Virus record (IMG/VR): IMGVR_UViG_2868569063_000004 | Location: 58,875-122,874 of that record | DNA: 64,000 nt | Source: a virus | Taxonomy: Duplodnaviria; Caudoviricetes | Reading direction: 5' to 3' (one strand) | In this document: in pieces, positions 1 through 9,891 of the stretch | How the letters are laid out: each line of letters begins with the position of its first letter | Numbering within the stretch: the stretch's first letter is position 1 | The notes under the pieces: model-generated | What the model was told of the DNA's origin: nothing | Database searches by the model: none | Seen by the model: only the letters and a program-made list of their open reading frames with translations | Program-made: the position numbers and the translations under genes

Positions 1-50
1 TAACCGGACAAATCGCCAACCTGGAATTCACCAGGTCAGCAATTTAATAT

Positions 51-323
51 TTATTTCACTGCATCTTTTAATGCTTTTCCAGCTTTGAATTTCGGTGCAA
101 GATGAGCTTCTGTCATCATAGTTTCTCCCGTCTGCGGATTACGACACTCTCTAGCAGCTCTTTCAACAACTGAGAAAGAACCGAATCCTGTGAATGCTAC
201 TTTTCCTCCGCTTGCCAGTTCATTAGTGATAACCTGAAGAAATGCGTCAACCATTGCTCCAGTATCTTTCTTTGTGATTCCTGTTGTTTCTGCTACTTTT
301 GTAATAACTTCTGCTTTTGTCAT
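51..323 (-). CDS. hup: HU family DNA-binding protein
   Basis: 90 aa; MTKAEVI...GFGSF...RECRNPQTGE...PKFKAGKALKDAVK, canonical HU. Confidence 0.95.
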   Translation of the reverse strand: MTKAEVITKVAETTGITKKDTGAMVDAFLQVITNELASGGKVAFTGFGSFSVVERAARECRNPQTGETMMTEAHLAPKFKAGKALKDAVK

Positions 324-340
324 AATAATTATTTCTCCTT

Positions 341-1114
341 TTATTCTTTATTATTTACTACGGCATATCTAAATTTATAGCCGTGAGTTTGTTTTAGTTT
401 TCCTTTACACACCTTGCTTATAGAAGATGGATCTAAATTTAATTCTTTAGCTGCTTGACTAATACTTTCATAATTATTGATAATTTCTCCAGAAGAGGAG
501 ATTCGATCTATAGATTTTAGGGTAGAATCTTTATAATTCTTTCTTTGATGTAATCTATAAGAAATAATTTCATCAGTGGTCATATCCTTAATGTCATTGA
601 AATACATAAAAATATATCCATGACATGTATTGTTTTTCCCTGATGCCGTTTTAGAAATGTTTGTGGAAGCTATGCCATTAGCTCTGGCACAGTCTTGAAC
701 ACTTACATAATACTCCAACACTTCATAGTCAGTATCTAACTTTATAATGGGCACAGTTTCATCTATATTGTTAGAAAGCATTCCAAAATTTTTAGGAATA
801 CAATTTCTATTATAAGCTTTGTAACCTGCCAAGCCTGATCCACCAAGAGTCATATTATACCCATAATTATATGTATCTAATGTAGCTATCCAATAAATTT
901 CTTTAATATCTAACTCGTCAGGTTGGCATTCTTCAAGTATATAAAAATCAAAGTTCTCAACACCGTATTTATCCATTGCTCTATAAAGAAATGTATCTCT
1001 TACTAAAGAACTTGTATGTCTATGCTGAGTCCATCGTGATTTAATATCAATAGATTGACCAACATACTTTTTGTGATTTATTTTATTCTCAATGCAATAT
1101 ATACCACAGGACAC
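341..1114 (-). CDS. Free-standing GIY-YIG homing endonuclease with two NUMOD1-like repeats
   Basis: GIYCIENKINHKKYVGQS...R motif; two C-terminal Y.S....A......S.IS....GK....HGY.F repeats; only 6 and 17 nt of flank, so no intron. Confidence 0.88.
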   Translation of the reverse strand: MSCGIYCIENKINHKKYVGQSIDIKSRWTQHRHTSSLVRDTFLYRAMDKYGVENFDFYILEECQPDELDIKEIYWIATLDTYNYGYNMTLGGSGLAGYKAYNRNCIPKNFGMLSNNIDETVPIIKLDTDYEVLEYYVSVQDCARANGIASTNISKTASGKNNTCHGYIFMYFNDIKDMTTDEIISYRLHQRKNYKDSTLKSIDRISSSGEIINNYESISQAAKELNLDPSSISKVCKGKLKQTHGYKFRYAVVNNKE

Positions 1115-1120
1115 TCAACA

Positions 1121-1312
1121 TCAGTCCTCTACAGGGACCTCTGTTTTTTCTGTGACAGCTAAATCAAAAATACAGCCTTCAAATGTATTCTTCAGTGCAT
1201 TGATAAGATCAACTACCTCGCCATCTACGTAAATAGATCCCTGTTCATCAATTGTAGCCTTCTTGATTTTCATCTGGGTAGTAGTTGTTGTTTTAATTTC
1301 TACTCCATTCAT
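1121..1312 (-). CDS. Small protein, YonK-like (tentative)
   Basis: 63 aa from ATG 1312 after AGAAAAGG; size, C-terminal VTEKTEVPV and position near HU/RNAP recall SPbeta yonK. Confidence 0.45.
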   Translation of the reverse strand: MNGVEIKTTTTTQMKIKKATIDEQGSIYVDGEVVDLINALKNTFEGCIFDLAVTEKTEVPVED

Positions 1313-1653
1313 CCTTTTCTTCCTTTCACTCTTTCCCACAATTTTAAAGCTTCTCTGTACTCTTTAATATTATCTTTCCTCCAACGAGCACTGTAACGTG
1401 CAGAGAATTTTAAAGTAGGTTCTATTGTTTTAATTTCTCCGTCAGGCATCTTTTTCTCATGACTTGGTACTAATTTACTAAACATACCAAATCCTGTGAA
1501 CAGTCGAATTTCTACATCCTTATGTTCATTTGCTGACAGGAGTAAATCATACACAGTTTCTTCTAAAGCTTCATATATTTCAGCTATATTTTCTTCTTGA
1601 TAGCCTGTTTTTTCTGAAACCTTAGCAATCAATTCTTTTTTGGAATATTTCAT
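1309..1653 (-). CDS. Divergent HU/IHF-like DNA-binding protein
   Basis: SKKELIAKVSEKTG...IRLFTGFG...P.LKFSARYS pattern. Confidence 0.75.
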   Translation of the reverse strand: MKYSKKELIAKVSEKTGYQEENIAEIYEALEETVYDLLLSANEHKDVEIRLFTGFGMFSKLVPSHEKKMPDGEIKTIEPTLKFSARYSARWRKDNIKEYREALKLWERVKGRKG

Positions 1654-2267
1654 AATATTTCATCAATAGGGCAGTCAACGCCAACAATAGTATCAACAAT
1701 TCCCAATTCTTTAGCTTCTTCTGGGAACATATAATATTCTCGATCAGCAATACCGTCTAAAAAATCTTTGGTAATAGAAGTATTGGCATATACAAGTTCG
1801 GCTAATCTTTCATCACATTTATTATAAAAATTCATGATGTCATTTGCTTTTCTGGAAGTCTGCATAATACCGGTTTGTCCGTCATGAATACAAATTGTAC
1901 TATTAGGAAAGATATATGATTTATCACAGACCATTGGAATATAACTTGCCATACTTGCAGCCATTCCAATTATTAAGCAATAAACAGGTGTGATACTATG
2001 TTTAATACAATCAATGAGTCCCATTCCGAAGTTTACGACTCCACCTACTGAATTTAAAATAATCCAAATAGGCTTTCTTTTATCTTCAGGAACATCTTTA
2101 TCTTCCTGATTATATTTCAAAATATATAAACAGATGGACTCTAATAGATTGTTATTGATTTCATCGTTAATGATTAATCTACGATTGTCATAGTTGCTTT
2201 TGATGATATCAGCAACTAATTCATCTACTCCACTTTTCATAATTGGAAAATCAAATAATTCTTCCAT
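1650..2267 (-). CDS. clpP: ClpP-family serine protease subunit
   Basis: NSVGG, AASMAS (Ser), IHD (His), DREYYM.PEEAKELGIVD. Confidence 0.88.
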   Translation of the reverse strand: MEELFDFPIMKSGVDELVADIIKSNYDNRRLIINDEINNNLLESICLYILKYNQEDKDVPEDKRKPIWIILNSVGGVVNFGMGLIDCIKHSITPVYCLIIGMAASMASYIPMVCDKSYIFPNSTICIHDGQTGIMQTSRKANDIMNFYNKCDERLAELVYANTSITKDFLDGIADREYYMFPEEAKELGIVDTIVGVDCPIDEIL

Positions 2268-2294
2268 ATGTTTCTCCTTGTAATCCTTATATTT

Positions 2295-3506
2295 TTAGAA
2301 GTGATCCTTTTCGAAAAGATCAGCGAAGAGCTTACTGGTTTCTGATCGCACATCTTCTCCAAGATAGATACATCCAAATTTTTCATTTCCTTTAAACTCA
2401 TTACACATTTTAATGAGAGGATTATTAATCGTTTTACTTAACAGGGATTGTTTATAATCACCTGCAAGATAAATTTTACTGTTCTCTCCAAGTCGTGTAC
2501 CAATAAGTTTAATTTGACTTTCTGATAAATCTTCTGCTTCATCACAGAGAATAACAGTGTCATTATAAGTAGTACCTTTCATAAAGAACGGTACATTAGT
2601 ATCTAACACACCAGATACTTTCAAACTCTGTAATTCGAACTCTCCGCCATTAAGAGACTGAGAGAGTGGTTCAAAGAATCTCCCAACTTTATCTTCCATG
2701 TCGCCTGGAAGGAATCCGATCTCTTTACCTTCACCAGAAACTTCTCGTACACCTAAGATTTTACTATTTCTGCCTTTCTCCTTTACATTGTATAGTGCCA
2801 TTTGCATAGAAAGGTAAGTTTTTCCGCTGCCGTAACCACCGAGAATAGCCGCAATAGTGATATCTGGGTTATTCAAAATATCTAATGCACAACGTTGTAA
2901 GGAGTTTTTTGCCTTAATAAATTTGGAAGATGGCAGTTTTAGTGCCACAAACCCCTGACCATCATAGCGCATTTCTTTAGTAGTGCCATCGTCAGTATTT
3001 TCAATAATGAGATACTCATTGGTGTACCAAGTTGAATAATCTAGTTCAGCCATAGCCTGATTGATAGCATTAGTATCACCTTTAATTACTTTATATCCTT
3101 TATATATCTCGTTAGTAGGCTCTACGATTCCGTACACTGGCAGGTTAAAGACTTTCCTTGCAATATTTTTGCAGCACAAATCATCTGAAATGAATTCAAT
3201 ATCCTGAACTTTAGATAGAGTATAAGCACTAAAAACAATCCTGTTGTCTGGTCTAACTGGATCCAATTCAAAATTTAACAGTTGTTTTTCCATTTCAAAA
3301 TTATAATTTATTACGGAATACTGATCATGATTCTGATCTAAAAGACGAGCTATATGTCTAGCTTTGTATTTGATATCCTCATCTTTTCGAGAGGATGTTT
3401 TGATATTTTCGATTTCTCTAAGAGTTTCATCAGAGATGAAGAATCTTTCTTTGAATGCTGCCTCCTGGAGATTCAGGAGAGCATTGGTATCATAAAATTT
3501 AGTAAT
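2295..3506 (-). CDS. phoH: PIN-PhoH protein (PIN RNase + PhoH ATPase), probable ATT start
   Basis: Frame stays open 71 codons upstream of the tracked ATG and encodes KFYDTNALL (PIN); AAGGAG lies 9 nt before ATT 3506; GGYGSGKT, IGFLPG, DEAEDL, GDYKQ, RSETS PhoH motifs. Confidence 0.88.
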   Translation of the reverse strand: MTKFYDTNALLNLQEAAFKERFFISDETLREIENIKTSSRKDEDIKYKARHIARLLDQNHDQYSVINYNFEMEKQLLNFELDPVRPDNRIVFSAYTLSKVQDIEFISDDLCCKNIARKVFNLPVYGIVEPTNEIYKGYKVIKGDTNAINQAMAELDYSTWYTNEYLIIENTDDGTTKEMRYDGQGFVALKLPSSKFIKAKNSLQRCALDILNNPDITIAAILGGYGSGKTYLSMQMALYNVKEKGRNSKILGVREVSGEGKEIGFLPGDMEDKVGRFFEPLSQSLNGGEFELQSLKVSGVLDTNVPFFMKGTTYNDTVILCDEAEDLSESQIKLIGTRLGENSKIYLAGDYKQSLLSKTINNPLIKMCNEFKGNEKFGCIYLGEDVRSETSKLFADLFEKDHF

Positions 3507-3520
3507 AGTTAGGCACTCCT

Positions 3521-3700
3521 TTACAGTGATTTTGCTTTATCAGCATAGTAGTCCTCAATATATCTGTTGTTGCCTGAGGTCTTGTAATATCCTACATGAT
3601 ATCCTTTTTTGTTAATGTAACCTTTGTGCGTGTTTCTAATGATACCTTTGTCCATTAGTTTTTCAATTTCTTTCTTAGAAATCGGTTTAATAATAATCAA
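3521..3700 (-). CDS. Small hypothetical protein (~56-59 aa, not in ORF track)
   Basis: Open frame IKPISKKEIEKLMDKG...AKSL filling the gap between genes; TTG or ATT start. Confidence 0.6.
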   Translation of the reverse strand: MIIIKPISKKEIEKLMDKGIIRNTHKGYINKKGYHVGYYKTSGNNRYIEDYYADKAKSL

Positions 3701-3713
3701 CTCTTTCTATAAT

Positions 3714-3944
3714 TTATTTTTTATTAAATAGATGTTCGTAGATTTCCATACCCCTGTCATTCAGCATCCTGTAGTAAGGTTCCTGAGAAGACTCCCCATT
3801 TCTTCTCACAGTCACACCGGAACAGGCTGCGTTGTCACAGCGGAGGATATTTACTCCATCTACTTTTTTCAATGTTTTCCCACAGACAGGACATTTTCCT
3901 AAAAATTTCTGTCTGGCAAAATAAAGTCTATTATTGTTTTTCAT
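3714..3944 (-). CDS. Zinc-ribbon protein
   Basis: CPVC...CDNAAC; AAGGGAG RBS. Confidence 0.7.
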   Translation of the reverse strand: MKNNNRLYFARQKFLGKCPVCGKTLKKVDGVNILRCDNAACSGVTVRRNGESSQEPYYRMLNDRGMEIYEHLFNKK

Positions 3945-4040
3945 CTCTATATCTCCCTTTCATAATATGCAGAATTTAAAGAATCTCGCAAACGCGCCTG
4001 TAGAGCGCATTTGCGGAAACTGAGGTCTATTTTGATAGCG

Positions 4041-4919
4041 TTACATATGCCTTTTTTCTCTATGTTTAGCGACTCTTTGACGAGTTTTTTCTAAATCAAT
4101 AATATTTTGGCATTCAGAACAAAGCGTAGAACGATTATTCTTGGACATTGTAAAAAATTCTTTGCCACAACAATCACACGTAATAAGTTTTGTTTCATCT
4201 TTAGCATTTTTACTCTGGCAGTCGGTACAATAAGGATTCCTTGCTTTGGAACTTTTCACCTTGTACGGCTTCCCGCAGCGTTTACACAGCTTTATCTTAG
4301 ACTTCGGACCCAAGTTCTGATATTGATAGCCCAATTCACGCATATCTGTAATTTTAAGTACCGGATCAGACTCATTATCAACAAATGTGATTCTTATATT
4401 GAAGCGAGTTATCTTCTTGCTCACTTCAACCAAACCAACTTCTTTTAAGTCGTAGATCATATGTGGACGATCATCCACTTTACAGGCAACTCTGGCGAGC
4501 TTAAACCACATTTCCATAGGATAGTTGATCCAATTATTGTTAGTTTCAGATTTCAAATTATTGAACTTTGCAATGACCAAGAGTGTGAACACAAGTCTTT
4601 CCCTGGCGGGGTTTTTGATTTCCTTGATAGTATCTAACTCTTTCTGCGTAATAGGTATATAGTCAATGTTCAACAGGTCTCTTTTTTTGGCTTTACTGAT
4701 ACATTTATCTATAAATGAATACCAAGCATTAATATCAAATTCTGGTACGACTTTTGATACAAATTCTTCTATATTATTATATATTTCTTTCTGTGTATAC
4801 TTTTCCTGATACATATATCTTGTTAGAAGCGCTATGACTGAACCTAAGTCTTTAGGATTAAATTCACCTAGCTCTAACATCCTTTCAACATATTCTTTCT
4901 CATTGAGTATTAAATCCAT
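4041..4919 (-). CDS. Hypothetical protein with two C-terminal Cys4 zinc fingers
   Basis: ATG 4919 after GGAG; CKRC/CTDC and CDCC/CSEC; overlaps the RNAP stop. Confidence 0.75.
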   Translation of the reverse strand: MDLILNEKEYVERMLELGEFNPKDLGSVIALLTRYMYQEKYTQKEIYNNIEEFVSKVVPEFDINAWYSFIDKCISKAKKRDLLNIDYIPITQKELDTIKEIKNPARERLVFTLLVIAKFNNLKSETNNNWINYPMEMWFKLARVACKVDDRPHMIYDLKEVGLVEVSKKITRFNIRITFVDNESDPVLKITDMRELGYQYQNLGPKSKIKLCKRCGKPYKVKSSKARNPYCTDCQSKNAKDETKLITCDCCGKEFFTMSKNNRSTLCSECQNIIDLEKTRQRVAKHREKRHM

Positions 4920-5992
4920 TCTCTTTCTCCTTCCATGTAAACTTTTTTCATAGTAAAATGTTCTCCGCAATATTCTATATCCCCAGATGGATCCTTTACT
5001 GGTATTTGAGCATATCCTTCAGTACGTGAGAGAAGATTTTTGATAATAGTATCTCCTGACATTTCCCAGATAAAAGATTTTCCTTTTTTAGAACTGTATC
5101 CTAAATCAACAAGGATATTGCAGAGTTTCTCTGGATCAGATACATATTCAGCGCATTCAATTTTAAATGCTTTATTATATGAAGCAGAAAAAGCATCTGT
5201 TTTTGTGGTACAGGATCTGTTCATTTGTTTATTGAATTTATCATATATGCGTTCTATAAGTACTTTATCCTTATTTGTGTAGGTGGCATCTGACTTCAGA
5301 ATAGAACTGTCAAACGGTACCTTACTTTCTTTTACATCAGCCAGTGTTTTCTCAATTTCCCAACAGAGTTCATTGACTACACAGGTTTCTGCATTGACTG
5401 GATAGAATTCTTTATAGAATTTGAGAAACTCTGCCTGTTCTTCAGTCAACTCTTGTGATGACAGCAGCTCTTCCAGTGGGATGTTAAACCTGGACCTGCT
5501 CACGGCGTCTGATGTTTTGATGTAGTCTTTGTATTCCTTCATGAGAGTAGGGTAGTTGTAGATGAAGAAATATGGCTTCTTATCTGCACAAATTCTCTGA
5601 TTGAATTCCTTCTTAGTTATTTCTTCTGGTGTATCTGTTTCTTCTATACGGTTGTAGCTATTGTCATACCAATGTTTTGGCATAGGTTTAGCGATGATTC
5701 CTTTAGCTTTATCAATAGAGTTCTGTTGGAACAGCTGCCCACACAATATCCTGTAGTCTAAGACTTTATATTCCTCACTGTCTTTCGGGAACCTTGCCTG
5801 TAAGCATATCTGTGAAGTGATAACATTAGTAATAGGACCAATCGCATCACCGAAAGAACCTTTATTAGCTTGTATCATATCTGTTTCAGTCGGAACTACC
5901 TTGTTTCCTTTACGTTGGATGCAATAGATTGGCGGTAGGTTTTCTGTATGTTTTAATAAGATAGTATTGTTAGTAGTAAACATTAAGTCTCC
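4910..5992 (-). CDS. yonO: YonO-like single-subunit RNA polymerase, exon 2
   Basis: Starts GGA GAC (GD), completing DCDGD; IGPITN, QNSIDKAKG, KKPYFF motifs of the YonO/RdRP-like family. Confidence 0.9.
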   Translation of the reverse strand, partial: GDLMFTTNNTILLKHTENLPPIYCIQRKGNKVVPTETDMIQANKGSFGDAIGPITNVITSQICLQARFPKDSEEYKVLDYRILCGQLFQQNSIDKAKGIIAKPMPKHWYDNSYNRIEETDTPEEITKKEFNQRICADKKPYFFIYNYPTLMKEYKDYIKTSDAVSRSRFNIPLEELLSSQELTEEQAEFLKFYKEFYPVNAETCVVNELCWEIEKTLADVKESKVPFDSSILKSDATYTNKDKVLIERIYDKFNKQMNRSCTTKTDAFSASYNKAFKIECAEYVSDPEKLCNILVDLGYSSKKGKSFIWEMSGDTIIKNLLSRTEGYAQIPVKDPSGDIEYCGEHFTMKKVYMEGEREWI

Positions 5993-6985
5993 CGACTTAA
6001 CACCTTATGTTTCCATAAGGACTAGACTATATCTTCATCTGTAGCTCTATCACCAAGATACAGATGCTCGGCACTTCCCCTGCGAGGATTCCACTCACAA
6101 GGTACTCTACTTGCTTCTTTACTTAAGTATTTCTCTTAAGCTATGCTTTCGATAGTCGTTAAACTTTTCTCATTATTGAGACTTAGCACAGTATTGTCTT
6201 TGGAAAAATAGTATGTGTGTTTATATATGTTACCTGTTTCTATATAATATGGGATTCTTCCTGCTAGACCTGCCGGAGATGAAGAAGAGTGCAGTTGTTT
6301 CAACACATATTCTGCGCATAACTGCATGTATGGAAAAGTTGCTATTACATTTTTGTCTTTATCTAACAAACATACTGGAATAGCTCTTCCATTCTGTCCT
6401 CCGGGACGAGATTGTTTTTCTTTTGAATATGCAGGATCAGCTTTGTACTTCTGACTGAGTGTGGTGTTTCCGTAGTTGGGATTTTTCTTGCCACTATAAT
6501 CTAACGTCTGCGAAGCATGTCTGCCAGCAGCGAGAGTATAGTCAATATTTTCTTTATGTGAACACCATTCTAAGTTATCTACACTGTTGTTTGTGCGATT
6601 GTAATCTTTATGATTTACTTCCGGTAAATTTAAAGGATTAGGGATAAATGCTTTTGCTACTAATCTATGAACACTGGCAACTGTTCTGTTTCCTGTTTTA
6701 CCGACAGTAATACACATGTACCCATCTGAATTCATACGTTGTTTTATTTCCTGATGATATTTCGCTCTACCACGATTATGAGTACTAAATATTTTTCCAT
6801 CTTCACGAACTATGTAATCAATACCTTTTACATTTAAAATTCTTTCTTCTATTGTTCTCACCTTCTTTTTTATAATCTATTTTTCCAATAAGAGTTCCAC
6901 TGTTAGCCCGGTACTTCCGGACACCTTACATTTGTAAGTTCACCGAGTTTTACATATACATCGCTGTATAAGGTGACAGAGTTTT
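5993..6985 (-). mobile_element. Group I intron (993 nt)
   Basis: Exon ends in U, paired U.G in P1 (GUGAU/GUCAC); R element AACGACUAUC; S element AAGAUAUAGUCU; P9 CCUUAUG-GAAA-CAUAAGG; terminal G at 5993; removal restores frame and catalytic motif. Confidence 0.93.
6136..6861 (-). CDS. Intron-encoded HNH homing endonuclease
   Basis: VHRLVAKAFIPNP...VNHKDYNRTNN...NLEWCSHKEN; the ORF tail runs into the intron core. Confidence 0.92.
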   Translation of the reverse strand: MRTIEERILNVKGIDYIVREDGKIFSTHNRGRAKYHQEIKQRMNSDGYMCITVGKTGNRTVASVHRLVAKAFIPNPLNLPEVNHKDYNRTNNSVDNLEWCSHKENIDYTLAAGRHASQTLDYSGKKNPNYGNTTLSQKYKADPAYSKEKQSRPGGQNGRAIPVCLLDKDKNVIATFPYMQLCAEYVLKQLHSSSSPAGLAGRIPYYIETGNIYKHTYYFSKDNTVLSLNNEKSLTTIESIA

Positions 6986-8632
6986 ATCACAATCAGCTCC
7001 ATTAAGAGCTTCTTTAGTACTATCCCATGAGTTTAACAACATACATGTGTTTATATATCTATACCAATAAGTCATATCAGGAGTCCCTACTATCTTAAGC
7101 TTACGCACATTGTATTTGCTTGTCATAGGTGCTCTGAAGCAGCAGACCTCGCTGACTCCTCGATCAAGCCAATGTTTATGCCAGCATTCCCCAGCGTGGA
7201 GTAATCCTGTGACCGGTAAACCAAAGATACTCTGCATCAAGCTATACGGATCCCCTCCAATGATGGCAAAGTTACCCCTCACTTTGAGTACACCAATCTT
7301 GGCCTGTCTGATTTTTTTCTTTATCATATTGTAGATTCTGTCTCTGATGTAAGGATCATGAATCATCTGTGGCTCAATCATGAGAGCATTGATATACGGT
7401 TCTTCATCAATATAGGAATCTTCTGTAAGATTTGTTCCTCTCAGAAATAGGAGTGACTTCCTGTAATCTAATCCAAGGATTTCTTGAATTTCTTCTACTG
7501 TAGGACGGACCAATTCAGTTACTTCTTCCGGTGTAAGGTGGTAATTCTGCAGGAACTGGTAATTTGTGCTTCTGTACTCATCAAGTCTTGCAGGAGCAGT
7601 CTTGGCTATAGATATTTGATAATGATATTTTTCTATATTGGACCAGTAATCTTCGAAAGAAGAGTAGGAATCCCATAATTTAAGCATAGAAGTAGTAATA
7701 ATCAGTTCAGACTCTCTGATATCTCTCATATCTCCCCAGGCATCTTTTATATAGAAGTTTTTCGCTATAGATTCCCCAAAAGCTAAGTAATCCATTGTGA
7801 AAACCATGCCCTTTGTCCATGGAAGTCCTCTGAGATTACAGCCAGATAAAAAATCTTCTTCTTCGTCAAGCTCTCTTGCCCAACGGTAAGAGAGTGATGG
7901 AAGCATGATTCCGTAACCGTCTGATTCCATAAGCTCTATTTCTTGATCCTTGAGGAACTCTACTATTGGTTCATCAGACTGAGAGTCATCTACACGAATA
8001 ATGTCTTCTGTGAAATGAGTAATGCAGTCAGGAACGACTATGATCCCTTTTGGCATACTTACTGGAATACTACCGGAACAGATCAGTGCCTGGTACGCTT
8101 CAAGTTTAGCTGGCACAAATTTTTGTTCTAGGTTCCTACCGCAACAGAGACGCTCATAGAGCTGGGGATATAGCCTTTCAGAGACATAAACAATAGTAGA
8201 ATTCTTTATGCCCCCGTTGGTGCCTAGGAGTCTGTGATATTTTATTCCATTGATAGAAAAGCCTTTATTGGCTCTGTTATAATCAGACATTTTATCAATG
8301 ATCAGACACATGTAATCTGGAACAAATTGAAGATTATAGAATCTTTTATAGAGATTTGCTATGAGAGTATCTTTCTTAGAAGAATCAGATTTTTTGAGAC
8401 GCTTGATTTCTTTCTTTATATAAGAAGCTTCTTCTTCTCTGGCTTCACTGGTGTCTCCGTTGAGTTCATCAATGAATCTGAGAATCTGGCTATCAGACAG
8501 AGAAATAATGTCTTCTGTGTTTAGAGCTTCCTCTAATGGATATTCTAGCTTCCAGCGTGATCTGCGAAGACGTTCACTGTGGAGCTTGAATAAGTATCTT
8601 TTACATTTTTTCTGCTTTGCTATTGTAATCAT
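6986..8632 (-). CDS. yonO: YonO-like single-subunit RNA polymerase, exon 1 (spliced product ~909 aa)
   Basis: PAKLEAYQAL.CS, SDGYG, KGM, NYQFLQ, FRAP and LNGADCD at the exon end. Confidence 0.9.
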
Positions 8633-8920
8633 TCCTTTCTTTGGTAGCGAGCTATGAGGGTCTTACTTTCTTTCTCTCACTCGCTTCGCTCATTCGTTCA
8701 ATCAGTTCGAGTTGGATTTATTACACCTGTAAAAAACAACAATTATTATTTATATAAAAAATAATTACTATATTTTTTTGGTGTAATAAAAAACAATCAA
8801 CGTCTGAACGCAAAATTTTTTCAGAAGCAGCTGCTTTAGGCGAGGCGCTTAACCGCCGAGTGTAGAAAGTAGCGCTGAAAAAACTTTCATGTGTTCAGAC
8901 CTCAGGCTTCGCCTTTCGCT

Positions 8921-9787
8921 CTATTGCAACCTGACAGCGGTGTCAATTATTGAATTCATTTTCTTATTATTCAGTGCATCACATTTGGAACTTGCATCTT
9001 TCAACTTTTGTATTATTAAATTGTTTAGAGTATGAGGATCTGATAATGGAAGAGTATTAAACTGCTTAATCTCAGTAAATACGTAACATTTTGTATATCT
9101 TTTTACTCCTAGCGGCTCCAATTTTTTAAGAATAAAATCAGTATATTCTTTTGCTTTGGAACTATGTAAGATAGACCATTCATCTTTATATGAAGTTTGT
9201 GCCAAAGCTTGAGCTTTTACATCTTCCATGTAGTCTATTGGAATGTCTACTGGTTTGTGTCCTTCTTTGAATGTATAGGCATAGTCCATATGATATGAAA
9301 TACAACCTTTCTCTTCAAATTTCCTCAAATTTATATATAATATTTGTGCAATGATACAATTTATTTTTTTATGAAAATATCTATAAGAAGAAAGAGAGAG
9401 TTCTGTTGCATTCACACAATCTAAAAAATATTTTGGTCTCGTGAATCTGTCACTCGTAAACCCTAAGAGTTCATAAAGGTCTGTTACGGAATATTTCTTA
9501 TTGAGTTCCAGATGCTGTAAGTTTGCATAGATTGCTGAGTTATATTTTCCATGTGGACAATACTCTTTTTGTTTACGTTTAGGTTTAGTCTTAGGTTCTT
9601 TATATATTTCGTCAATGATCAATTTGTGGGTACCTGTAATTTTTTTCCATGAGAAATATAATTTGAATTTTTCCTGCTGTAGAACATAGCCTTTTCCGGC
9701 AGGCATCTTCTGACCAGTAAGAGCTACTGACAGTTCCTGCATGTTCTTAAATTCCTGACCGGGTAAAATTTTTGTGGTGTCGATCAA
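8921..9787 (-). CDS. Basic hypothetical protein, possibly DNA-binding
   Basis: 288 aa, TTG start after AGGAGG, Lys-rich. Confidence 0.7.
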   Translation of the reverse strand: MIDTTKILPGQEFKNMQELSVALTGQKMPAGKGYVLQQEKFKLYFSWKKITGTHKLIIDEIYKEPKTKPKRKQKEYCPHGKYNSAIYANLQHLELNKKYSVTDLYELLGFTSDRFTRPKYFLDCVNATELSLSSYRYFHKKINCIIAQILYINLRKFEEKGCISYHMDYAYTFKEGHKPVDIPIDYMEDVKAQALAQTSYKDEWSILHSSKAKEYTDFILKKLEPLGVKRYTKCYVFTEIKQFNTLPLSDPHTLNNLIIQKLKDASSKCDALNNKKMNSIIDTAVRLQ

Positions 9788-9840
9788 GTTTCTTACCTCC
9801 TAAATAATGGGTTTATTTGAGTATATGGATCAAATTTCTT

Positions 9841-9884
9841 TTGTAAGAGGCTCACTGTAAAGTTGTAAGCCTCTCACTGTAAAA
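9841..9884. repeat. 22-bp tandem direct repeat x2 (TTGTAAG...CTCACTGTAAA)
   Basis: ttgtaagaggctcactgtaaag / ttgtaagcctctcactgtaaaa. Confidence 0.75.
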
Positions 9885-9891
9885 TCAAAAT

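Noticed and set aside
341-1114. Intron around the GIY-YIG gene
   Set aside because: Flanks are 6 and 17 nt and both neighbours look complete.
8640-8920. Riboswitch or ncRNA upstream of the RNAP gene
   Set aside because: Some GC-rich pairing potential, but no recognisable family or convincing fold by eye.
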